From assembly GCA_963845115.1 (NCBI GenBank), contig CAWJQN010000003.1, positions 391,694-455,693 of the forward strand: a DNA stretch of 64,000 bases. Reading direction: 5' to 3'. The position numbers and the translations under genes are program-made. This document shows positions 43,541 to 52,721 of the stretch, one piece after another; position 1 is the first letter of the stretch, and every line of letters starts with the position of its first letter. The notes beneath the pieces were generated by a model. The model had not been told where the DNA came from. It saw only the letters and a program-made list of their open reading frames with translations, and made no database searches. Origin of the DNA: an uncultured delta proteobacterium (GTDB lineage: Bacteria; Desulfobacterota; Desulfobulbia; Desulfobulbales; Desulfocapsaceae).

Positions 43541-45157
43541 ATGAAGAAGATAGTTGAGTGCGTACCGAATTTTTCCGAAGGAAGAAACCAGGAAACCATC
43601 ACTGCCATCGCAGAGGCTATCCAAGCTGTTGAAGGCTGCCGACTCGTCGATGTCGACCCCGGCTATTCGACCAACCGGACCGTCTATACCTTCGTGGGTA
43701 ATCCGCATGACGTTGTGGAAGCAGCCCTGGCAGCCGCCAGAGTCGCCAGATCACGTATAGACATGCGCAGCCACACCGGCGAACACCCGCGCTTCGGAGC
43801 CATGGACGTGTGCCCGTTCGTTCCTGTTACCGGAATAACCATGGAGGAGTGCGCGGAGTTGGCCAGGCAGTTTGCGCAAAGAGCCTCACAAGAGCTCAAT
43901 ATACCCTTCTATCTTTATGAGCAGGCAGCCGAGAAGGATTACAGAAGAAAACTGCCGGACCTTCGGCAAGGCGAATATGAAGGCCTTGCCCAGCGGCTCA
44001 AGGACCCTCTGTGGAAACCTGACTTCGGTCCGGACGAGTTTGTCCCGGAGTGGGGAATAACCGCAACCGGCGCCAGGAATTTTCTTATCGCCTACAACGT
44101 CAACCTGCTGGCAACCCCAAACCAGGCCCATCGTATTGCCCTCAATATCAGAGAGGCAGGAAGGAGTGAAGAAGAACCCGGAAGGCTCAAGGAAGTTAAG
44201 GGTATGGGCTGGTTCGTCGATGAGTACAACACGGCTCAGGTAACGGTCAACCTGAATGACTACCGGATAACACCGATCCACACCCTCTTTGAAGAGGTGA
44301 AAAAAGACGCCGAGGCGCTGAATCTGCCGGTGGTTGGGTCGGAAGTTGTCGGGGTTGTTCCACTCGAATCCCTGATCATGGCCGCCGACTATTATATCGA
44401 CAAGGAGAACCTTTTTATTTACGAAGAGCAGCAGAAGCTCAGGCTGGCAATCGACCGCCTCGGATTGAATTCGATCGCTCCTTTTAAACCTGAAGAACGG
44501 ATCATCGAATATATCACCCGGGAAGAGCCTGACGAGCCGCTGGCGGGCACCACGGTGCGCGGCTTTATCGAAGAGGTTGCCTCCCGCTCTTCCGCCCCGG
44601 GCGGTGGCTCTGTTTCAGCGGTACTGGCGGCACTGGGCGTAGGGCTTGCCAGCATGGTGGCAAAATTGACGCACGGTGTGCGCAAGTTCGAGCCGGTTCA
44701 GGCTGAAATGGAGAACGTGATTCCAGCGCTGCACCACACCGTAAGAGAACTCATCCCTATGATCGATGCCGACACCTCTGCTTTCAATGAATTTATGGAG
44801 GGGGTGAGAATGGTGAGGGATACTGATGAGGAGCGGGCATTACGCGATCAGAAGATGCAGGCCGGGCTCAAGGCAGCAATCAGGGTTCCTCTTAAAACCA
44901 TGCGTCTCGGCGATTCGGTGTGGCCTCAGCTGATCGAGGTTGCTCGTCACGGGAACCCAGCCTCAAAGTCGGATACCCAGGTGGGAGCACGATCACTCGA
45001 GGCTGGCATCTGGGGGGCTTATCAGAATGTATTGATAAATATGGAGGACATAACCGACAACGTCTTCCGCAGCGAGGTACTCGACGAAACGTCGGCGATC
45101 ATGAGCCGGGCCGAGGGTAACTGCAGGGAGGTACTGAAGATACTGGATGAAATATGA
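43541..45157 (+). CDS. ftcD: bifunctional glutamate formimidoyltransferase / formimidoyl-THF cyclodeaminase
   Basis: The N-terminal IVECVPNFSEGRN marks the formiminotransferase domains. The C-terminal ~200 aa carries SSAPGGGSVSAVLAALG (cyclodeaminase domain). 538 aa in one ORF. Confidence 0.85.
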   Translation: MKKIVECVPNFSEGRNQETITAIAEAIQAVEGCRLVDVDPGYSTNRTVYTFVGNPHDVVEAALAAARVARSRIDMRSHTGEHPRFGAMDVCPFVPVTGITMEECAELARQFAQRASQELNIPFYLYEQAAEKDYRRKLPDLRQGEYEGLAQRLKDPLWKPDFGPDEFVPEWGITATGARNFLIAYNVNLLATPNQAHRIALNIREAGRSEEEPGRLKEVKGMGWFVDEYNTAQVTVNLNDYRITPIHTLFEEVKKDAEALNLPVVGSEVVGVVPLESLIMAADYYIDKENLFIYEEQQKLRLAIDRLGLNSIAPFKPEERIIEYITREEPDEPLAGTTVRGFIEEVASRSSAPGGGSVSAVLAALGVGLASMVAKLTHGVRKFEPVQAEMENVIPALHHTVRELIPMIDADTSAFNEFMEGVRMVRDTDEERALRDQKMQAGLKAAIRVPLKTMRLGDSVWPQLIEVARHGNPASKSDTQVGARSLEAGIWGAYQNVLINMEDITDNVFRSEVLDETSAIMSRAEGNCREVLKILDEI

Positions 45158-45244
45158 TCTTTTGAGGGATTTGTTGGGGCTGCAACAGCCGGCTAGGCAG
45201 AAAACAGCCGTCATTACCAAAGAAAAAAAAGAAAGGAGGAACAC

Positions 45245-46345
45245 ATGGATAGACGAGATTTTTTAAAAACTGCAGGAGCGACGGCACTGACCACAGCGGC
45301 GATGACGACATCTTTTGCCGCCCCGGCGATTGCCCAGGGAAAGATACAATGGAAAATGGTTACCGCCTGGCCCAAGAACCTGCCGGGCCCCGGTGTTGCT
45401 GCCCAGATGCTCGCCGACAGGATCACCGCCCTGTCGGGTGGACGTCTCGAGGTGAAGCTCTACGCCGCTGGTGAGCTGGTTCCCGGAAAAGGCGTGTTCG
45501 ATGCCGTTTCAGAAGGTACTGCAGAGCTGTATCACGCTGTTCCCGCCTACTGGGGATCCAAGTCCAAGGGGTTCCTGCTTTTTGGTTCCCAACCCTTCGG
45601 CCTCAGGGCCGACGAACAGGTGGGCTGGATGATGCATGGCGGCGGCCAGGCCCTCTATGATGAGATGTACGCCCGTTTCGATCTCAAACCGTTCCTCTGC
45701 GGCAACTCAGGCCCCCAGTGGGCGGGCTGGTTCCGTAAAGAAATCAACTCACCTGAAGATTTCAAGGGACTGCGTTTCCGCACCACCGGCCTTGCTTCTG
45801 AAATGTGCTCAAAACTGGGAATGGCGGTCCAGGCAATGGGCGGCCGTGATCTATTCCAGGCGCTGCAGTCCGGGGCACTCGATGCCGGTGAATTCATCGG
45901 TCCGTGGACCGATTCAGCTCTGGGTTTCTATCAGGTAGCCAAGTACTACTACTGGCCGGGAGTCGGAGAACCTTCCTCTGCAGAGGAATGCGCGGTCAAT
46001 ATGAAGGCCTACGAGAAACTGCCCAAAGATTTGCAGCAGGCAGTTGCTTATGCCTGTGAAAGCCTCTACAATCCCGTCTTGACGGAATACATTACAAAAC
46101 ACGCACTGGCACTGCAGAAGATGGTTGCCGAACAGGGTGTGCAGGTAAGAAAGCTTCCCGATGACGTCATCATTGCCATGGGCAATGCTGCGGGTGAGGT
46201 GATAGAGGACCTGCGTAACGACTCAGATGAATTAGTCCGGCGCATTACAGAGAGCTTCCTGACCTATCGCGCCTCCGTTTCGGAATACATGGTGTATGCC
46301 GACAGCGGCCAGATGAATGCGAGAGTCATGGACTATAAGTATTAG
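45245..46345 (+). CDS. TRAP transporter substrate-binding protein (DctP family) with Tat-type signal
   Basis: MDRRDFLKTAGATALTTAAMTTSFAAPAIAQG is followed by a DctP-type fold (WKMVTAWPKNLPG..., ...GLRFRT...). Confidence 0.85.
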   Translation: MDRRDFLKTAGATALTTAAMTTSFAAPAIAQGKIQWKMVTAWPKNLPGPGVAAQMLADRITALSGGRLEVKLYAAGELVPGKGVFDAVSEGTAELYHAVPAYWGSKSKGFLLFGSQPFGLRADEQVGWMMHGGGQALYDEMYARFDLKPFLCGNSGPQWAGWFRKEINSPEDFKGLRFRTTGLASEMCSKLGMAVQAMGGRDLFQALQSGALDAGEFIGPWTDSALGFYQVAKYYYWPGVGEPSSAEECAVNMKAYEKLPKDLQQAVAYACESLYNPVLTEYITKHALALQKMVAEQGVQVRKLPDDVIIAMGNAAGEVIEDLRNDSDELVRRITESFLTYRASVSEYMVYADSGQMNARVMDYKY

Positions 46346-46364
46346 ATAAACTCTACCTGGTAGA

Positions 46365-46396
46365 CAGGTGGACCGCCTCTAGGGGTGGTCCGCCTG
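46365..46396 (+). promoter_or_regulatory. intercistronic stem-loop between dctP-like and dctQ-like genes
   Basis: CAGGTGGACCGCC (46365-46377) pairs with GGTGGTCCGCCTG (46384-46396). This gives 13 bp including two G:U pairs, with a 6-nt loop. It ends 12 nt before the dctQ-like ATG. Confidence 0.55.
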
Positions 46397-46407
46397 TGTG
46401 GCTGAAA

Positions 46408-46914
46408 ATGGACAAAATCATAACCAGATTGGAGGCGGTCAACCTCTTTGTAGGCAACACGGTGAGATGGTTTGCGCTGCTCATGCTGTTGCTCCAGTTT
46501 GTCATCGTCGTCTTGAGATACGTGTTCGGCATCAGCTATATTTTTCTGAACGAAGGGGTTCTCTACCTGCACGCTTCCCTGTTCATGCTGGGAGCGGGAT
46601 ACACATTGCTGGTCGACAAGCATGTACGGGTCGATATTTTCTACGCCAATCGATCGAAACGGGGCAAAGCACTGACAGACATCTTCGGTCATCTATGCTT
46701 TCTCATTCCCTCTATGCTGCTTCTCCTTTACTATACCTGGCCTTCAGTAACAGACTCCTGGGCAATCCTTGAGGGACCGATTTCCGTGGGAGGCATCCCG
46801 GCCTCCTATCTGCTGAAGTCCCTTATTCCTGCGTTTGCACTGCTCCTGATTATCCAATGCGTTGCCAATCTCGCAAAAGACGTATTGATACTGAGAGTAT
46901 CAAACAGTTCCTGA
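46408..46914 (+). CDS. TRAP transporter small permease (DctQ family)
   Basis: About 168 aa with four hydrophobic helices. It lies between the SBP and the large permease. ATG 46408 is preferred over GTG 46396. Confidence 0.8.
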   Translation: MDKIITRLEAVNLFVGNTVRWFALLMLLLQFVIVVLRYVFGISYIFLNEGVLYLHASLFMLGAGYTLLVDKHVRVDIFYANRSKRGKALTDIFGHLCFLIPSMLLLLYYTWPSVTDSWAILEGPISVGGIPASYLLKSLIPAFALLLIIQCVANLAKDVLILRVSNSS

Positions 46915-46927
46915 CCGTGCGCCAGTC

Positions 46928-48484
46928 ATGACCAATTCACCTCTGGATATCCTACTCGTCATAGCCTTGATAAGCGGTATACTGCTTGGCTATCCGGTCT
47001 CTTTTACCCTGGCCGGCACGGCGACAATTTTTGCATTTCTTGGCTGGATCACGGGCTCTTTCGACTTGAGTCTGCTCGGGGCACTTGCCCAGCGGGCCTT
47101 CGGGCTGCTGACCAACCACGTATTGATCGCCATTCCTCTTTTCGTGCTGATGGGAGTGATCCTTGAAAAAAGCAAGATTGCAGAAGAGCTGCTGGAAACC
47201 ATGGGCAGGCTTTTCGGCAGGGTCAGAGGCGGCCTGGGAATTTCGGTTATCCTCGTGGGCGCCCTGCTGGCCGCTTCGACTGGCATAGTGGGAGCAACGG
47301 TGGTGGCAATGGGCCTGATTGCCCTGCCCACCATGCTGAGGAACAATTACGATCCAAAACTCGCCTGCGGGATAGTTTGCACGTCGGGGACGCTCGGTCA
47401 GATCATTCCCCCATCGACTCTGCTGATAATCCTCACCGATGTGATGTCCAACGCCTACCAGCAGGCGCAATACACCAAGGGCCAATTCACCATCGACACA
47501 ATCTCCGTTGGGCAGATGTTCGCGGCTGCACTTTTACCGGGGCTGGTGCTGGTATCTGTATATCTCGTGTACCTGATAGCAAGAGCGTGGATCTCTCCTG
47601 ATGTCGCTCCGGCCTTGACGGGAGAGGAGTTTAGCCGACCAACCCCGGGGGAAGTGTCCCGGGCAGTGGTGCCCCCGATTGTGCTCATCATCGCTGTCCT
47701 CGGTTCAATCCTGGCAGGGATCGCCACACCCAGCGAGGCCGCCTCCGTCGGCGCCATCGGAGCGGTCCTGATGGCGGGCGCCCGTCTCGGGGGGTCTGCT
47801 CGCCTGATGATCATGGGCACGGTTGCTCTCATTGCCTTGGCCGTCGTTGCCGGAATTGCGCCGGTTCGCCTTCAGCGATCAGATGCCGGCCTTAATGAAT
47901 GGCTGATCGGTTCGGTCTGTATTGTTCTCACCCTTTTCGGCTGTTACGCAATTTACAAGGCATTACGGCAGACGCTTGAGAAGAAGCTGCTGGGAGATAT
48001 TCTCACATCCACGATGGTGGTGACATCAATGATTTTTGCCACCATCCTGACCGCCAGCATGTTCTCCCTCGTATTTATCGGCCTTGGAGGTGATGCCCGG
48101 ATTGAGTGGGTGATCACGGCAATGCCAGGAGGGGCGACCGGGGCCCTGATTTTCTCCATGGTATTGATCTTTGTTCTCGGCTTTTTTCTTGATTTCGTGG
48201 AAATAAGCGTCATTCTGCTGCCCCTGGTGTGTCCCATACTGATTCTGATGGGCCATGACCCGGTGTGGCTGTCGATGCTGATCGCCATCAATCTGCAGAC
48301 CTCGTTTCTGACGCCGCCGTTCGGCTTCTCCCTCTTCTATCTGCGCGGAGCAGCTCCGCCGGAAGTCAGTACGGGGCAGATTTACCGGGGTGTCGCCCCA
48401 TTCATCGTTCTCCAGGTGATAGGAATGGCTATTCTCTGGTTTGTCCCGGGTCTCGCAACCTACTTACCCAAAATAGTCTTTTAA
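46928..48484 (+). CDS. TRAP transporter large permease (DctM family)
   Basis: 518-aa polytopic protein with the DctM-type pattern (…TGIVGATVVAMG..., ...FLTPPFGFSLFYL...). Confidence 0.85.
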   Translation: MTNSPLDILLVIALISGILLGYPVSFTLAGTATIFAFLGWITGSFDLSLLGALAQRAFGLLTNHVLIAIPLFVLMGVILEKSKIAEELLETMGRLFGRVRGGLGISVILVGALLAASTGIVGATVVAMGLIALPTMLRNNYDPKLACGIVCTSGTLGQIIPPSTLLIILTDVMSNAYQQAQYTKGQFTIDTISVGQMFAAALLPGLVLVSVYLVYLIARAWISPDVAPALTGEEFSRPTPGEVSRAVVPPIVLIIAVLGSILAGIATPSEAASVGAIGAVLMAGARLGGSARLMIMGTVALIALAVVAGIAPVRLQRSDAGLNEWLIGSVCIVLTLFGCYAIYKALRQTLEKKLLGDILTSTMVVTSMIFATILTASMFSLVFIGLGGDARIEWVITAMPGGATGALIFSMVLIFVLGFFLDFVEISVILLPLVCPILILMGHDPVWLSMLIAINLQTSFLTPPFGFSLFYLRGAAPPEVSTGQIYRGVAPFIVLQVIGMAILWFVPGLATYLPKIVF

Positions 48485-48498
48485 TCAGGGAGTTCCTG

Positions 48499-49611
48499 GT
48501 GAATGAAAACGGACTGAATATAAAACATATTGTAAAAAAACAGGTGTTAGAGCTGCCGAGATATCAGCCGGGCCTGCCCGAGGAGATCGTCAGGCAGCGC
48601 TATCAGGTTGATAGAATCGCCAGGCTGGCCAGCAACGAAAACCCTTTTGGAACCAGCCCTCTGGCCCTGAGCGCTGTGGTCAAAGTTATAGCTCAGCTGT
48701 GGAAATACAGCGATCCTGACTCTGCCAGGCTCAAAGCAGCACTGAGCAGCGCAACCGGAACCTCCGGCGAAAAAATTGTCATCGGTAACGGTTCCGAAGA
48801 TCTTATTGCGCTGATCTGCCGAGCCTGCCTTGAAAAAAAGGACCGGGTTGTCACCGTGCACCCGTCCTTTCTCCTCCACGAAATATATCCTTTGGAGCAG
48901 GGTGCCGATGTTACGGCCGTCCCGATGCGGGAAGACTTTTCATTTGATGTGGATGGCATCATTAGGGAATTGCACAAGGGCTGCCGGATGCTGATTTTCA
49001 GCAACCCTTCAAACCCGGTGGGGACACTTCTCGACCGCTCCGGGGCTGAGAAGCTCTGCCGGGCGGTCTCCCCGGAGACCATACTGGTTATCGACGAAGC
49101 CTATTATGAGTACGTTAAGGATCTCGATAATTTCCCGGACAGCCGTTCCATAATGAAAAAACTTCCCAATCCCCATGTTGTTCTCAGATCCTTTTCAAAA
49201 GCCTACGGATTGGCGGGAGCACGAGTTGGATACGGCCTGTTTTCACACAGCTCTTTCGCTGATCAGATCAACAAGCTGAGGAATCCCTTCAATGTGAACC
49301 TGGTTGCCCAGGCCGCTGCGGAAGCGGCACTGGGCGACCGTGAGCACATAGAGAAAACCGTGCGTTTCAACGAGCTGGAGCGGTCACGGCTCATGAAGGA
49401 GTTGCATAAAAGAGGGCTGAGGGTTGCCAGGTCCTATGCAAATTTTCTTTTCGTGGACTGTGGTCGAAGCAGCCGTGAGACGGCGGAAGAACTCCTCGCT
49501 CACGGTATTATCGTCAAACCTTGGACAGCCAGGGGATATGAGACATTTCTCAGGATAACCATCGGCAGAATCGAAGATAATGACAGGATGCTCAACCTCC
49601 TTGCAAAGTGA
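48499..49611 (+). CDS. HisC-family (class II) aminotransferase, histidinol-phosphate/aromatic aminotransferase-like
   Basis: Track ORF trimmed to GTG 48499 (GGGAG 7 nt upstream, 14 nt after the dctM-like stop). Motifs: ASNENPFGTSP, NPSNPVG, and SFSKAYGLAGARVGYG (PLP lysine). Confidence 0.8.
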   Translation: MNENGLNIKHIVKKQVLELPRYQPGLPEEIVRQRYQVDRIARLASNENPFGTSPLALSAVVKVIAQLWKYSDPDSARLKAALSSATGTSGEKIVIGNGSEDLIALICRACLEKKDRVVTVHPSFLLHEIYPLEQGADVTAVPMREDFSFDVDGIIRELHKGCRMLIFSNPSNPVGTLLDRSGAEKLCRAVSPETILVIDEAYYEYVKDLDNFPDSRSIMKKLPNPHVVLRSFSKAYGLAGARVGYGLFSHSSFADQINKLRNPFNVNLVAQAAAEAALGDREHIEKTVRFNELERSRLMKELHKRGLRVARSYANFLFVDCGRSSRETAEELLAHGIIVKPWTARGYETFLRITIGRIEDNDRMLNLLAK

Positions 49612-49710
49612 GTTTTAATCCGAAAAGATTGGAATGCAGAGCTGGCAAATCTGATCGGTCCAAGTCATAACGCTTTCTATTCACACAGATTTCAAACGGC
49701 CAGTCACGCC

Positions 49711-52518
49711 ATGTCAGACCATTCAAGTCATAAGCTTACCAGCGAAATTTCCGAATTCATCCCGGCAGACAGGGTATTTTCCGATGAAACAAGAAGGAGG
49801 GCCTTCTCCGCTGATGCCAGCATGTTCTTTCGCCTGGCTCAGGTCGTTGTCGATGTGCTCAGCGAGAAAGAAGTTATTGACTTGATAGAATACTCCGGCA
49901 CCAGGAAAACAGGGCTCACGTTTCGCGGCAGTGGCACGAGTCTGAACGGCCAATGCAGCGGAACCGGAATTCTCGTCCGCATGAAAGGTCCGGTCTGGCA
50001 GAAACTGCATGTTCACAATAACGGAACTGAAATCACCAGTTGGTCCGGGGTTATCGGTTCCCGGTTGAATGAAGCCCTGCTTCCTTATGGGAGAAAAATA
50101 GGTCCCGATCCTTCCTCGCTTGCTGCAGCCTGCTTCGGCGGGATGCTGGCCAACAATGCCGCCGGAGGATGCTGTACCGTCGCGCAGAACATCTATTCGA
50201 CATTGAAAAGCATACGGTTCATCCTGCACGATGGAACAATCATCGACACTTCCGACAAAAAGAGTGTGGACCGTTTTCGTTCCACTCACGAGAAATTGCT
50301 CGGCAGGCTTTCCGATCTGCGCCAGGAGATACTGGATGACAGCGAACTGGCAGCACGTATCCGTCGAAAATATCGCATTAAGAATACCTGCGGATATGCG
50401 GTCAACGCATTCGTCGATTTCAGCGATCCGCTGGAGATCCTCGCCCATCTGCTCATCGGCTCGGAAGGGACTCTGGGGTTTGTATCGAGTGCAACAATTG
50501 GAACCATCCCTGTTTCTACCCTGCGTGCCACCGCACTGGTCATTTTTCCAAATCTGGAAAACGGAATACCAGCGGTAAAGCGCTGGAGTGACTCGGGCGC
50601 AGCCAATGCTGCGGAGTTGTTTGACTGGCCGACTTTGAAAGCACTTATCACACTGCCGGCAACTCCTCAGACAGTAAAGCAGCTCAAAGATGATGGCTGT
50701 GCAATCCTGCTTGAAACCCAGGCAAATGACGAACAGACGCTGCACAAAAACATATCGACCCTGCTTGATGCCCTGAAAGGCATTGAAACCATTGGTGAAC
50801 CGCAGTTTTCTACCGACCCCGAGGTTTGCGAGTCGCTCTGGGCCTTTCGTCGGTCTCTTTTTCCTGCTGTTTCCAGTGCCAGAAAACCGCATGAATTGAT
50901 ACTGATCGAAGACTTTTGTGTTCCTCTGGATAAAATCGAACAAGGATGCAAAAAATTCGAAGAACTTTTCAATCGTTACGGATACAGCGGTGGTCTTCAC
51001 GGCCATGTCTTTCACGGCAACTTCCATTTCGCGCTGCCGATGGACCTATCCTCTGAAGATAAGGTGATAAGAATTCACCGGTTCATAAAAGAAATGGTGG
51101 ACATCGTGGTCAGTCTCGACGGGTCTCTCAAAGCAGAGCATGGCACCGGTTATGCGGTGGCACCTTTTGTCGAACTGGAATGGGGGGCAAAGATCTATGC
51201 AATTATGAAACGGGTGAAACACCTGCTTGACCCGGACAATATTTTCAATCCTGGAGTCCTGCTGAATGACGATCCGGAGTGCCACACCAAACAGCTAAAA
51301 ACCCCCGTTGCCTGCCACCCGCTCATTGACAATTGTGTTGAATGTGGTTTCTGCGACCCTGTCTGTCCTTCCAGGGACATAGGCTTGACACCACGGCAGC
51401 GGGTATCATTGCTCCGCCATATCGCATGGCTAGAGCAGCAGGGTCGAAGCAATGCTGAAACTTGGCAGCAATCCTATGACAAACTCGGAACGGATCTGTG
51501 CGCCGCTGACGGTATCTGCACCACGAGGTGTCCACTTTCCGTTGATATTGCCGGTTTTACCAGAAGCCGCCGCTGCAGCCAGGCAACTGAGTTCAATCGC
51601 TTGACGGCAGCCAAGATCAGCAGCCATTTCGAGATGGCGACGAAAGGAACATCGCTCTTGTTGAACGGTATATCCGTGGCTCAGCGTATTTTCGGGGATG
51701 CAATGCTGTACAAAGGCTCCAATGCGGCGCGAAAACTGAGTCGATCCAGACTGCCGAGCTGGAATGAACAGATGCCCCGAGGAGCAAAAGCGTTGCCAGA
51801 GCCGGGCAGAAAAGAGCCAGATTATGTTGTTTATATCCCGTCCTGTGCGATCAGAACCATGGGGGACAGCGTTCATGATCCGGCAGAACCGCTTGCCGAG
51901 GTAACCGTCCGCCTGCTTGAGAAGGCTCGATATTCGGTCCTCATTCCGGAAAATATCGGTAAACTATGCTGTGGCAAAGCCTTTGAGACCAAAGGACTGC
52001 TGGAGGAAGCAGACGCCAAGGCCGCTGAGATGGAAAAAGCGTTGCTCGAATTAAGCGGCAACGGTCAGGTTCCCATTCTTTGTGAAACCAGCCCCTGCCT
52101 GGCACGGATGAGAAAAGTCATGGACGCTCGTTTAAAGCTCTACGAGCCCATTGAGTTCACCACGAAATATCTTCTCAAAAGACTGAAATTGAACAGGAAG
52201 TATGGGAAAATAGCCATTCATCCCACCTGTTCTACCAGGCTCTTAGAACTTGAAAACAATCTCTTGTACCTGGCGGAGCAATGTTCCGATCAGGTTGTCT
52301 GGCCACGACATATTCAATGTTGCGGTTTCTCGGGAGATAAGGGATTCAGCCATCCCGAACTCAATCGATCGGCCCTCGAAACCCTGGCTGAACAGATCAA
52401 GGGATGCGAGGAAGGTTTCAGCACCTCCCGGACATGTGAAATCGGTCTGGCCTTGCACGGCAAAATTCCCTACAAGAACATCTTCTACATGCTTGACCGG
52501 TGCGCGGATAGCGATTAG
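49711..52518 (+). CDS. YdiJ-like FAD-binding + Fe-S (4Fe-4S dicluster, CCG domains) 2-hydroxyacid dehydrogenase
   Basis: N-terminal FAD_binding_4/PCMH (GLTFRGSGTSLNGQ) and FAD-oxidase C domain. CVECGFCDPVCPS and CAADGICTTRCP ferredoxin motifs follow. C-terminal Cys-rich repeats: CCGKAFE and CCGFSGDKGF. Confidence 0.8.
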   Translation: MSDHSSHKLTSEISEFIPADRVFSDETRRRAFSADASMFFRLAQVVVDVLSEKEVIDLIEYSGTRKTGLTFRGSGTSLNGQCSGTGILVRMKGPVWQKLHVHNNGTEITSWSGVIGSRLNEALLPYGRKIGPDPSSLAAACFGGMLANNAAGGCCTVAQNIYSTLKSIRFILHDGTIIDTSDKKSVDRFRSTHEKLLGRLSDLRQEILDDSELAARIRRKYRIKNTCGYAVNAFVDFSDPLEILAHLLIGSEGTLGFVSSATIGTIPVSTLRATALVIFPNLENGIPAVKRWSDSGAANAAELFDWPTLKALITLPATPQTVKQLKDDGCAILLETQANDEQTLHKNISTLLDALKGIETIGEPQFSTDPEVCESLWAFRRSLFPAVSSARKPHELILIEDFCVPLDKIEQGCKKFEELFNRYGYSGGLHGHVFHGNFHFALPMDLSSEDKVIRIHRFIKEMVDIVVSLDGSLKAEHGTGYAVAPFVELEWGAKIYAIMKRVKHLLDPDNIFNPGVLLNDDPECHTKQLKTPVACHPLIDNCVECGFCDPVCPSRDIGLTPRQRVSLLRHIAWLEQQGRSNAETWQQSYDKLGTDLCAADGICTTRCPLSVDIAGFTRSRRCSQATEFNRLTAAKISSHFEMATKGTSLLLNGISVAQRIFGDAMLYKGSNAARKLSRSRLPSWNEQMPRGAKALPEPGRKEPDYVVYIPSCAIRTMGDSVHDPAEPLAEVTVRLLEKARYSVLIPENIGKLCCGKAFETKGLLEEADAKAAEMEKALLELSGNGQVPILCETSPCLARMRKVMDARLKLYEPIEFTTKYLLKRLKLNRKYGKIAIHPTCSTRLLELENNLLYLAEQCSDQVVWPRHIQCCGFSGDKGFSHPELNRSALETLAEQIKGCEEGFSTSRTCEIGLALHGKIPYKNIFYMLDRCADSD

Positions 52519-52721
52519 CAGCGTTGGCCCGCGATGAGCTGGCCGCCAGGATCTGAAAAGCGACCAGCAGGACAACGGCAAACGCTTTTGCTTTGCACTG
52601 AGGATTGAGGTATCTTTACCTGCAGGCTCCCCCGCACCATAGCGTTGGTTCGGATGGAGCATGCAGGCAACCTCGACCCCACTGACTGGTGCAGGTAAGC
52701 AACCCCCGATTGAAGAGGAAG

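Noticed and set aside
48265-48498. N-terminal extension of the aminotransferase ORF, overlapping the end of the dctM-like gene.
   Set aside because: It is out-of-frame read-through of the permease 3' end. Homology to HisC begins only after GTG 48499, which has its own SD.
49723-51027. 434-aa minus-strand ORF.
   Set aside because: It lies antisense to the FAD-binding domain of the 935-aa dehydrogenase. It has no motifs and an odd composition.
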